From: an uncultured delta proteobacterium
Lineage (GTDB): Bacteria > Desulfobacterota > Binatia > Binatales > Binataceae
Length of the DNA stretch: 64,000 nt
Direction: 5' to 3'
NCBI GenBank assembly: GCA_963808235.1
Contig: CAWEEQ010000004.1
Location: 576,001 to 640,000, forward strand
Shown in pieces: positions 39,576-48,663 of this stretch (the stretch's first letter is position 1; the number at the start of each line of letters is the position of its first letter). The notes below the pieces were generated by a model, which did not search any database, had not been told where the DNA came from, and worked only from the letters and a program-made list of their open reading frames with translations. The position numbers and the translations under genes were made by a program.

Positions 39576-40850
39576 GTGGACTTTACAATTCCGGCTGACA
39601 TCAAGGCTTATCTGGGCGAGCTGGACGCCTTCATCGAGAAGGAAATTAAGCCGCTCGAACGCGAGAACGACAACATTCGATTCTTCGATCATCGGCGCGA
39701 ATGGGCGCGCACCGATTTCGATCGCGGTGGCCTGCCGCGCCACGAGTGGGAAGCGCTGCTCGGCGAGATGCGCCGCCGCGCCGACAAGGCGGGGCATTAT
39801 CGTTACGCGCTGCCAAAGGAATACGGCGGCAAGGACGGCACCAACCTCGCCATGGCGATCATCCGCGAATACCTCGCGGCGAAGGGACTCGGTCTGCACA
39901 ACGATCTGCAGAACGAAAACTCGATCGTCGGCAATCTTCCAACCGTGCTGATGTTTCGCGACTTCGGCACGCCAGAGCAAAAGAAAAAAATCATTCCCGC
40001 CATCCTCGACGGCTCGATGCGCATCGCGTTCGGATTGACCGAGCCCAACCACGGCTCCGACGCAACCTGGATGGAGACGCGCGCCACTCGCGACGGCGAC
40101 AGTTGGCGAATCACTGGCGCAAAAATGTGGAACACCGGTCTCCACGTCGCCACTCACGATTTCATTTTCGCGCGCCACGACGGCAGGGACGGCAGCCCCA
40201 AGGGCATCGGATGCTTCATCGTTCCGGTCAAGAGCCCCGGCTTCAAGATCGAGGAGTATCTGTGGACCTTCAACATGCCGACCGACCATCCGCGCATCTC
40301 GCTGACCGATGTCGTCATTCCCGCCGACGCGATTCTCGGCGAATTGGACAACGGCCTCGCACTGGCGCAGCACTTCGTGCACGAGAATCGCATTCGCCAG
40401 GCGGCATCGTCGCTTGGCGCCGCACAATACTGCATCGATGAAAGCGTGAAGTACGCCAAGGAGCGCAAGCCGTTCGGCAAGCCGCTCGCCAACAACCAGG
40501 CGATTCAATGGCCGCTGGTCGAGTTGCATACCGAAGCGGCGATGATTCGCGGCCTGATCCATAAGACCGCCTGGGAGATGGATCAGATGTCGAAGCCGGA
40601 GGTCGCGCTGAAACTCTCCGACAAGGTCGCGATGTGTAACTACCGCGCCAACCGCCTGGTCTGCGAGGCTGCCGACCGCGCGATGCAGGTGCATGGCGGA
40701 ATTGGCTACTCGCGCCACAAACCGTTCGAGCACATCTACCGGCATCACCGGCGCTATCGAATCACCGAAGGCTCCGAAGAGATCCAGATGCGCCGGGTCG
40801 CGCAGATCATGTTCGGCTTCGGAAGCCGCAAAACTCAGTCCGACGCATGA
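39576..40850 (+). CDS. Acyl-CoA dehydrogenase (LvaC/ACAD10-11-like by context)
   Basis: FGLTEPNHGSDA, DRAMQVHGG, RITEGSEE; upstream of an APH kinase. Confidence 0.88.
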   Translation: MDFTIPADIKAYLGELDAFIEKEIKPLERENDNIRFFDHRREWARTDFDRGGLPRHEWEALLGEMRRRADKAGHYRYALPKEYGGKDGTNLAMAIIREYLAAKGLGLHNDLQNENSIVGNLPTVLMFRDFGTPEQKKKIIPAILDGSMRIAFGLTEPNHGSDATWMETRATRDGDSWRITGAKMWNTGLHVATHDFIFARHDGRDGSPKGIGCFIVPVKSPGFKIEEYLWTFNMPTDHPRISLTDVVIPADAILGELDNGLALAQHFVHENRIRQAASSLGAAQYCIDESVKYAKERKPFGKPLANNQAIQWPLVELHTEAAMIRGLIHKTAWEMDQMSKPEVALKLSDKVAMCNYRANRLVCEAADRAMQVHGGIGYSRHKPFEHIYRHHRRYRITEGSEEIQMRRVAQIMFGFGSRKTQSDA

Positions 40851-40858
40851 ACTAGCTA

Positions 40859-41863
40859 ATGAGTAGTAATGATTTCGCCAACCGACTGAGTATTGCCGTC
40901 GCGCGGCATATCGGCTCGCCGGGGACCATCCACGATCTTCAGCGCTTGACCGGCGGCGCCAACAAGACGACCTGGTCCTTCGACGCGGAGGTGGACGGCG
41001 CGCGCCGGCCGTTTATTTTGCAGCTCGCGAGCACTCGCGTCATCGACGAGTCGAATCCGATCGCCGGGGTCTCGCCGCATCTGACCGCGGAGGAAGATGC
41101 GCGGTTGATGATCGCCGCGGTAAAAGCGAACGTCCCCGCGCCTCGCGTGCGCGCGATCCTCGATTCGGACGACGGACTCGGCCCCGGCTATGTCACCGAA
41201 CGGGTCGCGGGCGAAACGCTCGCCACCCGCATCCTGCGTGAAGAGCGCTACGCTGCCGCGCGAGCGTCGATGGCGACGCAGTGCGGTACCATCCTCGCCG
41301 CAATCCATCGCATCCCGCTTGCGGAGGTGCCATTTCTCAAACGGCTCGAGCCCGCGGAACACGTTGCCGTTCAGCGCATGATTGCTGACTATCACGGCTT
41401 TCGATTGCCCGCGCTCGAGTTGGGGCTGCGCTGGGCCGCCGAGCACGCACCGAAAAAGGTGCGGCATACAGTGGTGCACGGCGACTTTCGCGCCGGCAAT
41501 TTCATCGTTGGCGAGGAGGGGATCCGCTGCGTTCTCGACTGGGAAATAGGGCAGAGCGGCGACCCGATGCAGGATCTCGGATGGGTATGCGTCAAAACCT
41601 GGCGCTTCGGCGGCAAAAATCCGGTCGGCGGCTTCGGCACGCGCGAGGATCTTTTCGCCGCTTACGAAAAAGCCAGCGGTCATAGCGTCGATCCCGCCCA
41701 CGTGCGCTTTTGGGAGGCGTACGGCAGCGTGAAGTGGGCGATCGGATGCCTCAGCATGGGCACTCGCGGGATCGAAGAGAACGGTATCGAACGATGTGCA
41801 ATCGGCCGGCGGATCGAAGAACCACTCTGGGACTTTCTCAACCTCATCGAAGGCAAAGACTGA
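40859..41863 (+). CDS. APH-family phosphotransferase (LvaA-like)
   Basis: LTGGA, HGDFRAGN, LDWE, GDPMQDLGW. Confidence 0.88.
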   Translation: MSSNDFANRLSIAVARHIGSPGTIHDLQRLTGGANKTTWSFDAEVDGARRPFILQLASTRVIDESNPIAGVSPHLTAEEDARLMIAAVKANVPAPRVRAILDSDDGLGPGYVTERVAGETLATRILREERYAAARASMATQCGTILAAIHRIPLAEVPFLKRLEPAEHVAVQRMIADYHGFRLPALELGLRWAAEHAPKKVRHTVVHGDFRAGNFIVGEEGIRCVLDWEIGQSGDPMQDLGWVCVKTWRFGGKNPVGGFGTREDLFAAYEKASGHSVDPAHVRFWEAYGSVKWAIGCLSMGTRGIEENGIERCAIGRRIEEPLWDFLNLIEGKD

Positions 41864-41900
41864 CTAATCGGCTGGGTATTCAGTCTGGAGCTTACTGACT

Positions 41901-42257
41901 ATGCCGAAAAGCATGCCGGATGCAGCTACTCTGCTTAAGGCCGCAATCAAGTATCTCGAAGAAGAGCTGATGCCGACGCTGGAGGGTTTCCATCGCTTCC
42001 AGACTCGCGTCACGGTCAACGTGCTTAGCACGATTCGTCGCGAGCTCGAGCTGCGCGAAACGCAGGCGCAGTCCGAGCGCGCACGCCTGGCAACGATCCT
42101 GGGCCACGACGGCGACCTCGAGTCGATGAGCCGCGAGCTCGCGGAGCGCATCCGCTCCGGCGCCATCGCACTCGACGATCCCGCGCTGCGAGCGCATGTC
42201 CGTCAATCACTCGCCGACGCGCTCGCGATCAGTAACCCCAAGTGGCTGACCCGCTAA
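41901..42257 (+). CDS. Small helical protein (DUF6285/LvaB-like)
   Basis: FQTRVTVNVL..IRREL...LAERIRSG...LAISNPKW; follows the APH kinase. Confidence 0.72.
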   Translation: MPKSMPDAATLLKAAIKYLEEELMPTLEGFHRFQTRVTVNVLSTIRRELELRETQAQSERARLATILGHDGDLESMSRELAERIRSGAIALDDPALRAHVRQSLADALAISNPKWLTR

Positions 42258-42814
42258 ACTCCGGCGGGCGCGCTGGGAACGCTGAGCGCAAGCATCACCT
42301 CGGTCCATCCGTCGAAAATCAGATCGATTCCGATGAACAGGCCGATAACCCATAGCCCCGAAACCGGCCACGAGCTCCAGATACAGAAGCCCAGGAATAG
42401 TGAGATCAAGCCGTTCAGGACCAGCCATCCGCGATGATGCATCGGCGTCGAAAACGCTACAAAGATTCGAAACGTACCGCCTACGATCAGGAGCATCGCG
42501 ATCAGCAACGTCAGCGTGACCGCGGCCACGCCAGGATGCGTGATCATCAGAAGTCCGGTCACCGCATAGAGCGCTCCTCCCATGAGGTTGATGAAAAATC
42601 CGCCCCACGCGCGCCGCGCAATCCCGTGGATAACCTCGAACACTCCGCCGAAGATTAGGAGCCATCCGAGCAACAGCACCGAAACCATCGTCATCAGTTC
42701 CGCGCTGCCTATCGCAAGAGTACCGATGACGATCAGCACCACTCCCATACAGAGAAACCAGGTGCGATGCGCCCGTACTTCGTCGATTCCCAAAATCGGT
42801 ATGCCCATCGCCAT
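42254..42814 (-). CDS. HdeD/DUF308 membrane protein
   Basis: Six TM helices; WP...LWVIGLFIGIDLIFDG. Confidence 0.85.
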   Translation of the reverse strand: MAMGIPILGIDEVRAHRTWFLCMGVVLIVIGTLAIGSAELMTMVSVLLLGWLLIFGGVFEVIHGIARRAWGGFFINLMGGALYAVTGLLMITHPGVAAVTLTLLIAMLLIVGGTFRIFVAFSTPMHHRGWLVLNGLISLFLGFCIWSSWPVSGLWVIGLFIGIDLIFDGWTEVMLALSVPSAPAGV

Positions 42815-42850
42815 TTCGCTCGCCTCCTTCGTGCAGGATGAACCCGCCGG

Positions 42851-43348
42851 CTAGTGCGATGCCGCGCTACTCGGCGTTGTTTCTCCAGTGAAGTGCACTG
42901 CCGTACCGGCGCATTCAAAGTATCCCTCTTCCGTGTAGGGCTCGAACTCAGCGCCCGAGTCGTCCGCGACGAACCACGCGCGAGTATTTACGATCGCATC
43001 GACCTGGTCGCCATATTTGCGATAAGCCGCCGCTCTCAGGCCGTCGCCATGGATTGCCTGGCCGCCGGTGGAATTCTGTTGATTGAAGCAGTAACCCTGC
43101 GTAGGTCCTAGCACGGTGTACGGATGCGGATTTGATTTGACGACACCGCCCGACACCACCTTGATCTTCTTGATTGCCGCACTAAGCGCATCCTGTTCCT
43201 GATGGAGCTGAGCCACATCCTGATGGAGGCTCTGGTCTTCCTGTTGCACCGCGGAGCACCCCGCGAGCGCGACGATCATCACGGCGAGAAGGAGTAGCCG
43301 CTTCGGGTTTCGATCGATGGTCGACATTTCGTGGCGTCGCTTGCTCAT
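42851..43348 (-). CDS. Hypothetical lipoprotein
   Basis: RBS GGAGGAG; lipobox LAGC; coiled segment, then a domain with two Cys. Confidence 0.75.
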   Translation of the reverse strand: MSKRRHEMSTIDRNPKRLLLLAVMIVALAGCSAVQQEDQSLHQDVAQLHQEQDALSAAIKKIKVVSGGVVKSNPHPYTVLGPTQGYCFNQQNSTGGQAIHGDGLRAAAYRKYGDQVDAIVNTRAWFVADDSGAEFEPYTEEGYFECAGTAVHFTGETTPSSAASH

Positions 43349-43493
43349 CTGCCTTAGCTCCTCCCCTGGCGGGCCCGAACCCGAGCCCAAACCAACGTAT
43401 GGTCGGTTTCCCGTTCGCTGTCCACTCAAAAACTGACTAAGCTCGACGGTCAAACGGATCGGGCGACTTCTGAATAAATCTGGGGAGAACCAA

Positions 43494-43919
43494 ATGGCCG
43501 ACAAAGAGGAAGTGTACAAGGAGCTCGAGCGCAGCAGCAACGCTCTCAAGATCGAGATCGAAGCGGGTAGCCGCGCCGCGCTTTTCACCCGCGCCGCCAC
43601 TGCGCTGTCGCGAATCATGGTCCAGCCGGACGACATCAAGAACGAGCATCGGCGCGAGATCGAAATCGTTGATGACACCGACGACGAGATGATTCACGAC
43701 ATCCTGGGCGCCGCGCTGAACATGTTCCTCCGCGGCTTCATCTGGCGCGATGCCGAGATCGAGGAGCGCGACGGCCCGATCGTCGTGTGGCTCTCAGGCG
43801 AGCAGTACGACCCGGATCGCCATCACCTGCGTACGGAGATCAAAAAGGTCGAGGAGCATCAACTGGTCGTCGAGAACAAAGATGGCAAGTGGCGCAGCCA
43901 GATCGTTTTCGATATCTGA
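43494..43919 (+). CDS. Archease-like protein with degenerate motifs
   Basis: GEQYDPDRH..RTEIK...HQL and terminal FDI; canonical HTAD and KAVTYH motifs altered. Confidence 0.75.
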   Translation: MADKEEVYKELERSSNALKIEIEAGSRAALFTRAATALSRIMVQPDDIKNEHRREIEIVDDTDDEMIHDILGAALNMFLRGFIWRDAEIEERDGPIVVWLSGEQYDPDRHHLRTEIKKVEEHQLVVENKDGKWRSQIVFDI

Positions 43920-43931
43920 TCGCGCCCAACT

Positions 43932-43959
43932 TGGTGGGCGGTGCAGGTTTCGAACCTGC
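43932..43959 (-). repeat. tRNA-Val 3' fragment copy A (att-like)
   Basis: 28 bp identical to 48069-48096. Confidence 0.9.
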
Positions 43960-43994
43960 CGAATGCCTGCTCTAACCGGTCCGGAAGATGCTAC

Positions 43995-44390
43995 TCAGTC
44001 CGCGCTCTCCACCTGCACGCGGAAGGCGGCGTTTCGATCCCGGGTTAACCCGTTGCGCTCCATCCATCGCAAGGTCCAGATGAACGGAAACGCGTACCAG
44101 TACTTGCGCGCGATCATTCCGAAGATACGCTCACGGTCGGTCGGCTCGGTTACCAAATTGGCTTTGCCATGGAATATCTCTTGGCCGATACGCATCGTGA
44201 TCTGACGATTCGCCTGCAGGTTGCGCGGCCACTGAGTGTCCGCGTTTCCGTTCAGACAGATCGCATCGCCATCGACCACGAACCAAATTGTCACCTCGTA
44301 TCGCTTGCCCGATTTGCGCCCCAGATGCGTCAGCAGCATCGTCTGGTAGCTCGCTACTCTCGCCAGCTGCGATGCGATTCCCGATTCCAT
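43995..44390 (-). CDS. Nitroreductase-family deazaflavin (F420)-dependent oxidoreductase-like
   Basis: LTHLGRKSGK, IWFV, QWPRNLQAN. Confidence 0.8.
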   Translation of the reverse strand: MESGIASQLARVASYQTMLLTHLGRKSGKRYEVTIWFVVDGDAICLNGNADTQWPRNLQANRQITMRIGQEIFHGKANLVTEPTDRERIFGMIARKYWYAFPFIWTLRWMERNGLTRDRNAAFRVQVESAD

Positions 44391-44437
44391 TGGAGCCTAG
44401 CTGCTCACGATCTTCTGAAACTTAGGGAGCAACCATC

Positions 44438-44580
44438 CGATTCCAACTTCCGTCTGGTTCACTTGGTGCGCGGTGCAGGTTTCGAACCTGCGACCCCCCG
44501 GCTTGTAAGAACGAAATCGGCCATTTCCCACGGAGTCTAACCGACTGCTACTGAATGACAAGGAAGCGAGAAGGCCTCAC
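44438..44580. repeat. ~143-bp direct repeat containing tRNA-Val 3' half copy B (44464-44509)
   Basis: Near-identical to 46556-46697. Confidence 0.92.
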
Positions 44581-44631
44581 GCAGCCTCGCTCACCGACAA
44601 TGCAGGACTGAACAGTGTTGTGCGCAAGCCG

Positions 44632-46341
44632 CTAGTACGCGTTCGCCGTGTGCAGCTTGCGCGCGACGTTCATCGTGCTGCCACCAAGCGAAGGATCAGT
44701 AGTCAGCGTGAACGTCTCCGTCGCCGGATCGTAGATCTCTGCGGTGTTCAGAGTGTTTCCACTTCCGTCTTCTCCGCCGGTGATAAGTATCTTGCCATTG
44801 GGTAGAGCTGCGGCCGCATGGCCGAACCTCGCGCTATGCATCGATCCGACCGCCGTGAACGTGAACGTGTTCTCGTTGAACACCTCGGCGCTGGCCAGCG
44901 CCTTTCCGGTACTGTCGATGCCCCCCGCGATCAGCAATACCGAGAAACTTCGCCCCTGGATTGGATTACCATTCGTCGTGGCGGTATGCATCGCGCGCGC
45001 CACCGTCATGTTGCTGCCACCGAGATCGGTTGTGAGGGTAAATTTGTTGGTTGATAGGGCGAATATCTCAGCGGTGGCTTGCGCAACTCCGTCAGCTCCT
45101 TCGCCTCCCGCTACCAGGACGCCGCCACCCAGGAACGTCGCGCTATGGAACATGCGCGGTGCGTTCATCTGGCCGCCGCCCAGTGCAGGGTCATCGGTCA
45201 GAGTAAAAGTGCCGAGGGAGGAGTTGAACACTTCCGCGCTTTGCAGCACGTTCATCCCGTCGAAGCCGCCCGTAATCACCGCGTTGGCAGGGGTGCAGGT
45301 GTCTCTCTTAAATGCATCATAGTCCATTTCCTCGGATGCGGCCGCGTTCACGCGCGCCACGTTCATCATCGCCGGTGGAGAGACCTCCGCGGATTTCAGA
45401 ACGTTACCGCTGGCATCCTTACCGCCCGCGATCAAAAAAATGTGCGTGTGGTGCACGCCGACGAGCTCAGTCTCGGTGTGACCCTGCCGGGCGACCGACA
45501 TGCTCCCGGCGGTGAACTGGTTGGTGCTCCTGGAGAAGGTCTCGGTTGTGTCGGTAGCGCCGGTGGCGTCGACTCCGCCGCTTAGCAGGACGGTGGACGG
45601 GGGATTTGGATTGTCGCTCGCAGCGGCGGCGGCGTGCATATAACGTGCATCGTTCATGTTGTTGCCGCCGAGCGCGGGCGCGGTCGTAAGGGTGAAGGTA
45701 TTGGTCTTCCAGTTGAAGATTTCGGCGCTGTTGAGCGGCTTCCCGTCCGATCCTTGACCGCCGGCGATCAAGACCAACCCGGCAGCATACGGGGTGGGCT
45801 CTTCCTGCGGCGTACATGTTGCGGTTGCTGTCACGGTGGGAGTCATCGACCCGGTCGGCGTCGGCGATGTGCTCGGCGTCGGCGTGGCGGTTGCGGTCGG
45901 TGTTGGAGAAGGCGGTATTCCGAATCCTTCAAGCTCGACGTGTTGCGGACTGTTTTTGGCAGAGTCAGCAAATATCACGGCCGTATTATGCTTGGCTTTG
46001 CCGGTCCTGTCGGGATCGAACACGACCGTGACGAGGCAGCTTTGGCCGGCCTCCAGCGGTGTACCCGAGCATCCATCGCTCTGGATCATGAAAGGCGATA
46101 CCGAAGCGATCCTTGTGAAGCTGATCGAAGCTGACCTGGATTTGTTGGTGGCAGTGACCGTCAACGGCGCACTATGCGCAAACTCGGTCACCTGCCCGAA
46201 GTCGTGTTGAATGGGTTTGACGTCCAATTCGCCGGCGCGATGGTCCATCGCGTCGGACTGCGCATTGACTGGATTCGCCGCGACCGCGGCGTTGTATGCG
46301 AGCATCCACGCCGCCGCACTCAACAGCACAACGAGGATCAA
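44632..46341 (-). CDS. Secreted ASH-domain, PT-linker and kelch-repeat protein
   Basis: Signal peptide; HDFGQV...KNSPQHVEL.G; repeated M..AR..H...LIAGG...SAEVF. Confidence 0.87.
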   Translation of the reverse strand: MILVVLLSAAAWMLAYNAAVAANPVNAQSDAMDHRAGELDVKPIQHDFGQVTEFAHSAPLTVTATNKSRSASISFTRIASVSPFMIQSDGCSGTPLEAGQSCLVTVVFDPDRTGKAKHNTAVIFADSAKNSPQHVELEGFGIPPSPTPTATATPTPSTSPTPTGSMTPTVTATATCTPQEEPTPYAAGLVLIAGGQGSDGKPLNSAEIFNWKTNTFTLTTAPALGGNNMNDARYMHAAAAASDNPNPPSTVLLSGGVDATGATDTTETFSRSTNQFTAGSMSVARQGHTETELVGVHHTHIFLIAGGKDASGNVLKSAEVSPPAMMNVARVNAAASEEMDYDAFKRDTCTPANAVITGGFDGMNVLQSAEVFNSSLGTFTLTDDPALGGGQMNAPRMFHSATFLGGGVLVAGGEGADGVAQATAEIFALSTNKFTLTTDLGGSNMTVARAMHTATTNGNPIQGRSFSVLLIAGGIDSTGKALASAEVFNENTFTFTAVGSMHSARFGHAAAALPNGKILITGGEDGSGNTLNTAEIYDPATETFTLTTDPSLGGSTMNVARKLHTANAY

Positions 46342-46555
46342 TGCGGAGCGATGGTCTGATCTAACCAGCCGAACGATCCCCCGAAACGCCCAAGGCCCCC
46401 GCTAAGGAACAGCGAACCTACCGCTAACCGACCGGAATATCAAACAGTTTACAGCGCGCCTGACCGTCCGGGGCGCTAAACCGTTTTGCGCATAAGTTCG
46501 CGACCCTCATCGAGCGTACGCTTCATCAAGTCCTCGCCATACAGAGTAGGTAGAT

Positions 46556-46697
46556 CGATTCCAACTTCCGTCTGGTTCACTTGGTGGGCGGTGCAGGTTT
46601 CGAACCTGCGACCCTCCGCTTGTAAGAACGAAATCGGCCATTTCCCACGGAGTCAAACCGACTGCTACCGAATGGCAAGGAAGCGAGAAAGCCCCAC
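46556..46697. repeat. ~142-bp direct repeat containing tRNA-Val 3' half copy C (46582-46626)
   Basis: 45-bp match to the tRNA from CCA to the anticodon loop; both flanks shared with copy B. Confidence 0.92.
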
Positions 46698-46756
46698 ACA
46701 GACGCGGGCTTCATACATTCACAGAGTACAACCGAGCACTAAGCGTTGATACTGGG

Positions 46757-46788
46757 AAATGACACCGATTTGGCACCAGTATGGCACT
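46757..46788. repeat. Putative integrase arm-type sites (three TGRCAC units, 11-bp period)
   Basis: AAATGACACCGATTTGGCACCAGTATGGCACT; matches 48002-48024. Confidence 0.6.
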
Positions 46789-46903
46789 AGTTAACGCATG
46801 CCAACGGCGGCCGCTCGATCGTTCGGAACCACCGATCAAGCCGGAACCGATATGAACTGCTCTAACGACGGCAAGCGCGGCGAACAGAGAGGCTTGCATC
46901 TCA

Positions 46904-47699
46904 TCACCACGTAAGCCCAACGGCCTTTCTCATGGCATCTTCGAATGCCTGATCGTCGAGGCTTCTTCGCATGCCCAAAATGATCTCAGCGTCCTGGCCG
47001 ACCGGTACGCGGAAACGGTGTTGCGGGGTCTTCGATTGCATTGGCGATGGCCAATGCGACAACTTCGGGTCCCGTTCGACCAGATGGCCCCGTCATTTTG
47101 GTATTGGCTCCCTCCCACTGCTCCCAAAGTCCGGCGTAGTCGGCTGGTCCCTTATGAGGCTCGATCGGTTTAATGCCGGTAGCGATGGTTCCGGGCTCGA
47201 TCAACACGCAGCGTATTCCAAAGTGGCGGACTTCCAGGTGCAGTGACTCCGTCAAGGCTTCGAGCGCGAACTTGGAGGCGTTGTACGCTGCTGCGAGTGG
47301 CGAGGAGACTCGGCCGTTCACACTCGATACATTCACGATGACGCCGGAACCCCGCTTTCGCCAGGCGGGCAAGACCGCCTGGATTATGCGCAACGCGCCG
47401 AGCGTGTTTGTCTCGAACATCTGCCGGATACGATCAAGTGGATAGCCTTCCACCGGCCCTCCGCCAGATATACCTGCGTTGTTGACGATTGCATCGAGCG
47501 GACCAACCTCTTCAAGGCACCGCGCCACGGAGTCGTCGCTGGTGACATCAAGCACATGTGCCTGGATGCCTTCCGATCCACTCAACGCGGATATGTCGGT
47601 GGCGACGACTGAATGCCCTCGATTGGCAAGTACCTGCGCCGTTGCCATCCCTATGCCGCGTGCCGCGCCCGTAATCAAAACCCTTAGCGTCTTTGACAT
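46904..47699 (-). CDS. SDR oxidoreductase, +1 frameshift near 47011
   Basis: TGAARGIG, NNAG, YNASK; continues RVPVGQDAEIIL...GLTW* in the shifted frame. Confidence 0.85.
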
Positions 47700-47869
47700 T
47701 CGGAAGTCCTCTTGCGTGTCGTAGTTAGTCTTCTAGGGTTTGTTCGCCAGCCACCGCACAAATCTGCCATATGGATCAACCTCGGCCAACTCTCGCCGTA
47801 CACCTCCGGGCCACAGACGGTGGCTCCCTTTTTCCTCGGAAGAGCCGATCCACTCATTCACCAAAACCC

Positions 47870-48047
47870 GCGCGGGCTTCAGGAACTGCTCGGCCATCGG
47901 GATGGGCGGATGACAGCCTGGTACACGCATCTCTCCGATACCTATCTCAAGGCGGCGGTAAACGGTCTGAATCTGAGACCGAAGCAGCCGACCAGCCCTG
48001 AAAATGGCACTGATTTGGCACCAGCGTCGACGGCTTCGAAACGCTAG
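47870..48047 (+). pseudogene. Tyrosine recombinase C-terminal remnant
   Basis: LQELLGHRDGRMTAWYTHL = LGH...T..Y box II; upstream R and HxxR motifs absent; abuts the tRNA 3' end. Confidence 0.78.
48002..48024. repeat. Putative integrase arm-type sites
   Basis: AAATGGCACTGATTTGGCACCAG; 21/23 identical to 46757-46779. Confidence 0.6.
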
Positions 48048-48068
48048 CGCAAAAAACCTTGATTTCAT

Positions 48069-48143
48069 TGGTGGGCGGTGCAGGTTTCGAACCTGCGACC
48101 CTCGGCTTGTAAGGCCGATGCTCTACCACTGAGCTAACCGCCC
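48069..48143 (-). tRNA. tRNA-Val (TAC)
   Basis: 75-nt cloverleaf GGGCGGT...TCGGC-CT-TAC-AA-GCCGA...TTCGAAA...ACCA. Confidence 0.96.
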
Positions 48144-48241
48144 GCGCGCCGTACAACGTGAAAGTGAAAAGTGAAAACGCCCCGCGCTTTCGCGCGAGGC
48201 GAGTCGTCTGTGCGGATTGATCTTTCCTGCGCCCGGCCCGC

Positions 48242-48559
48242 TTAGGTGCCCGCCGGTGCCGACGACGCCGGCGCCGCGCCGACGCCTTCGTTGAGCGAGT
48301 CCTTCAACTGCTTGCCCGGCTTGAACTTCGCCGAACGGCTCGCCGATATCTCGATCGACTCTCCAGTCTTCGGATTGCGCCCGGTGCGAGCCTGCCGCTC
48401 AGAAACCGAGAACGTACCGAAACCCGAGATGTTGACGCGCTCCCCCTGGCGCAGCGCCGCGATCACGTCGTCGAGCATGATGTTAATTGCGCGCTCGGCG
48501 TCAGCCTTGTTCAAGGGAAGCTTGTTCGACAGCGCTTCAATCAATTCGGCCTTGGTCAT
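48242..48559 (-). CDS. hup: DNA-binding protein HU
   Basis: MTKAELIE, GFGTF, GRNPKTGE, FKPGKQLK; downstream of lon. Confidence 0.93.
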   Translation of the reverse strand: MTKAELIEALSNKLPLNKADAERAINIMLDDVIAALRQGERVNISGFGTFSVSERQARTGRNPKTGESIEISASRSAKFKPGKQLKDSLNEGVGAAPASSAPAGT

Positions 48560-48663
48560 GTGTGTGCAACCTTCGACGGTCCTTACCGTAAGTTTGCGAC
48601 AAATTCGAGGCGCGGGTCCCCATAACCGCGCGCCCCAATTTGCGGTGTCCCCCGCTCGAAATC

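Larger units (their letters stand above)
43932..48113. mobile_element. Degenerate tandem genomic-island/cassette array at tRNA-Val
   Basis: Three displaced tRNA 3' copies, an integrase remnant and arm-like repeats. Confidence 0.8.

Noticed and set aside
44464-46626. Additional functional tRNA-Val genes
   Set aside because: The copies stop at the anticodon loop and have no D-arm or 5' acceptor strand.
46771-48020. sigma54 promoters at the TGGCAC motifs
   Set aside because: The GG-N10-GC spacing arises from the 11-bp repeat period, the -12 element reads TGGC, and no plus-strand gene follows.
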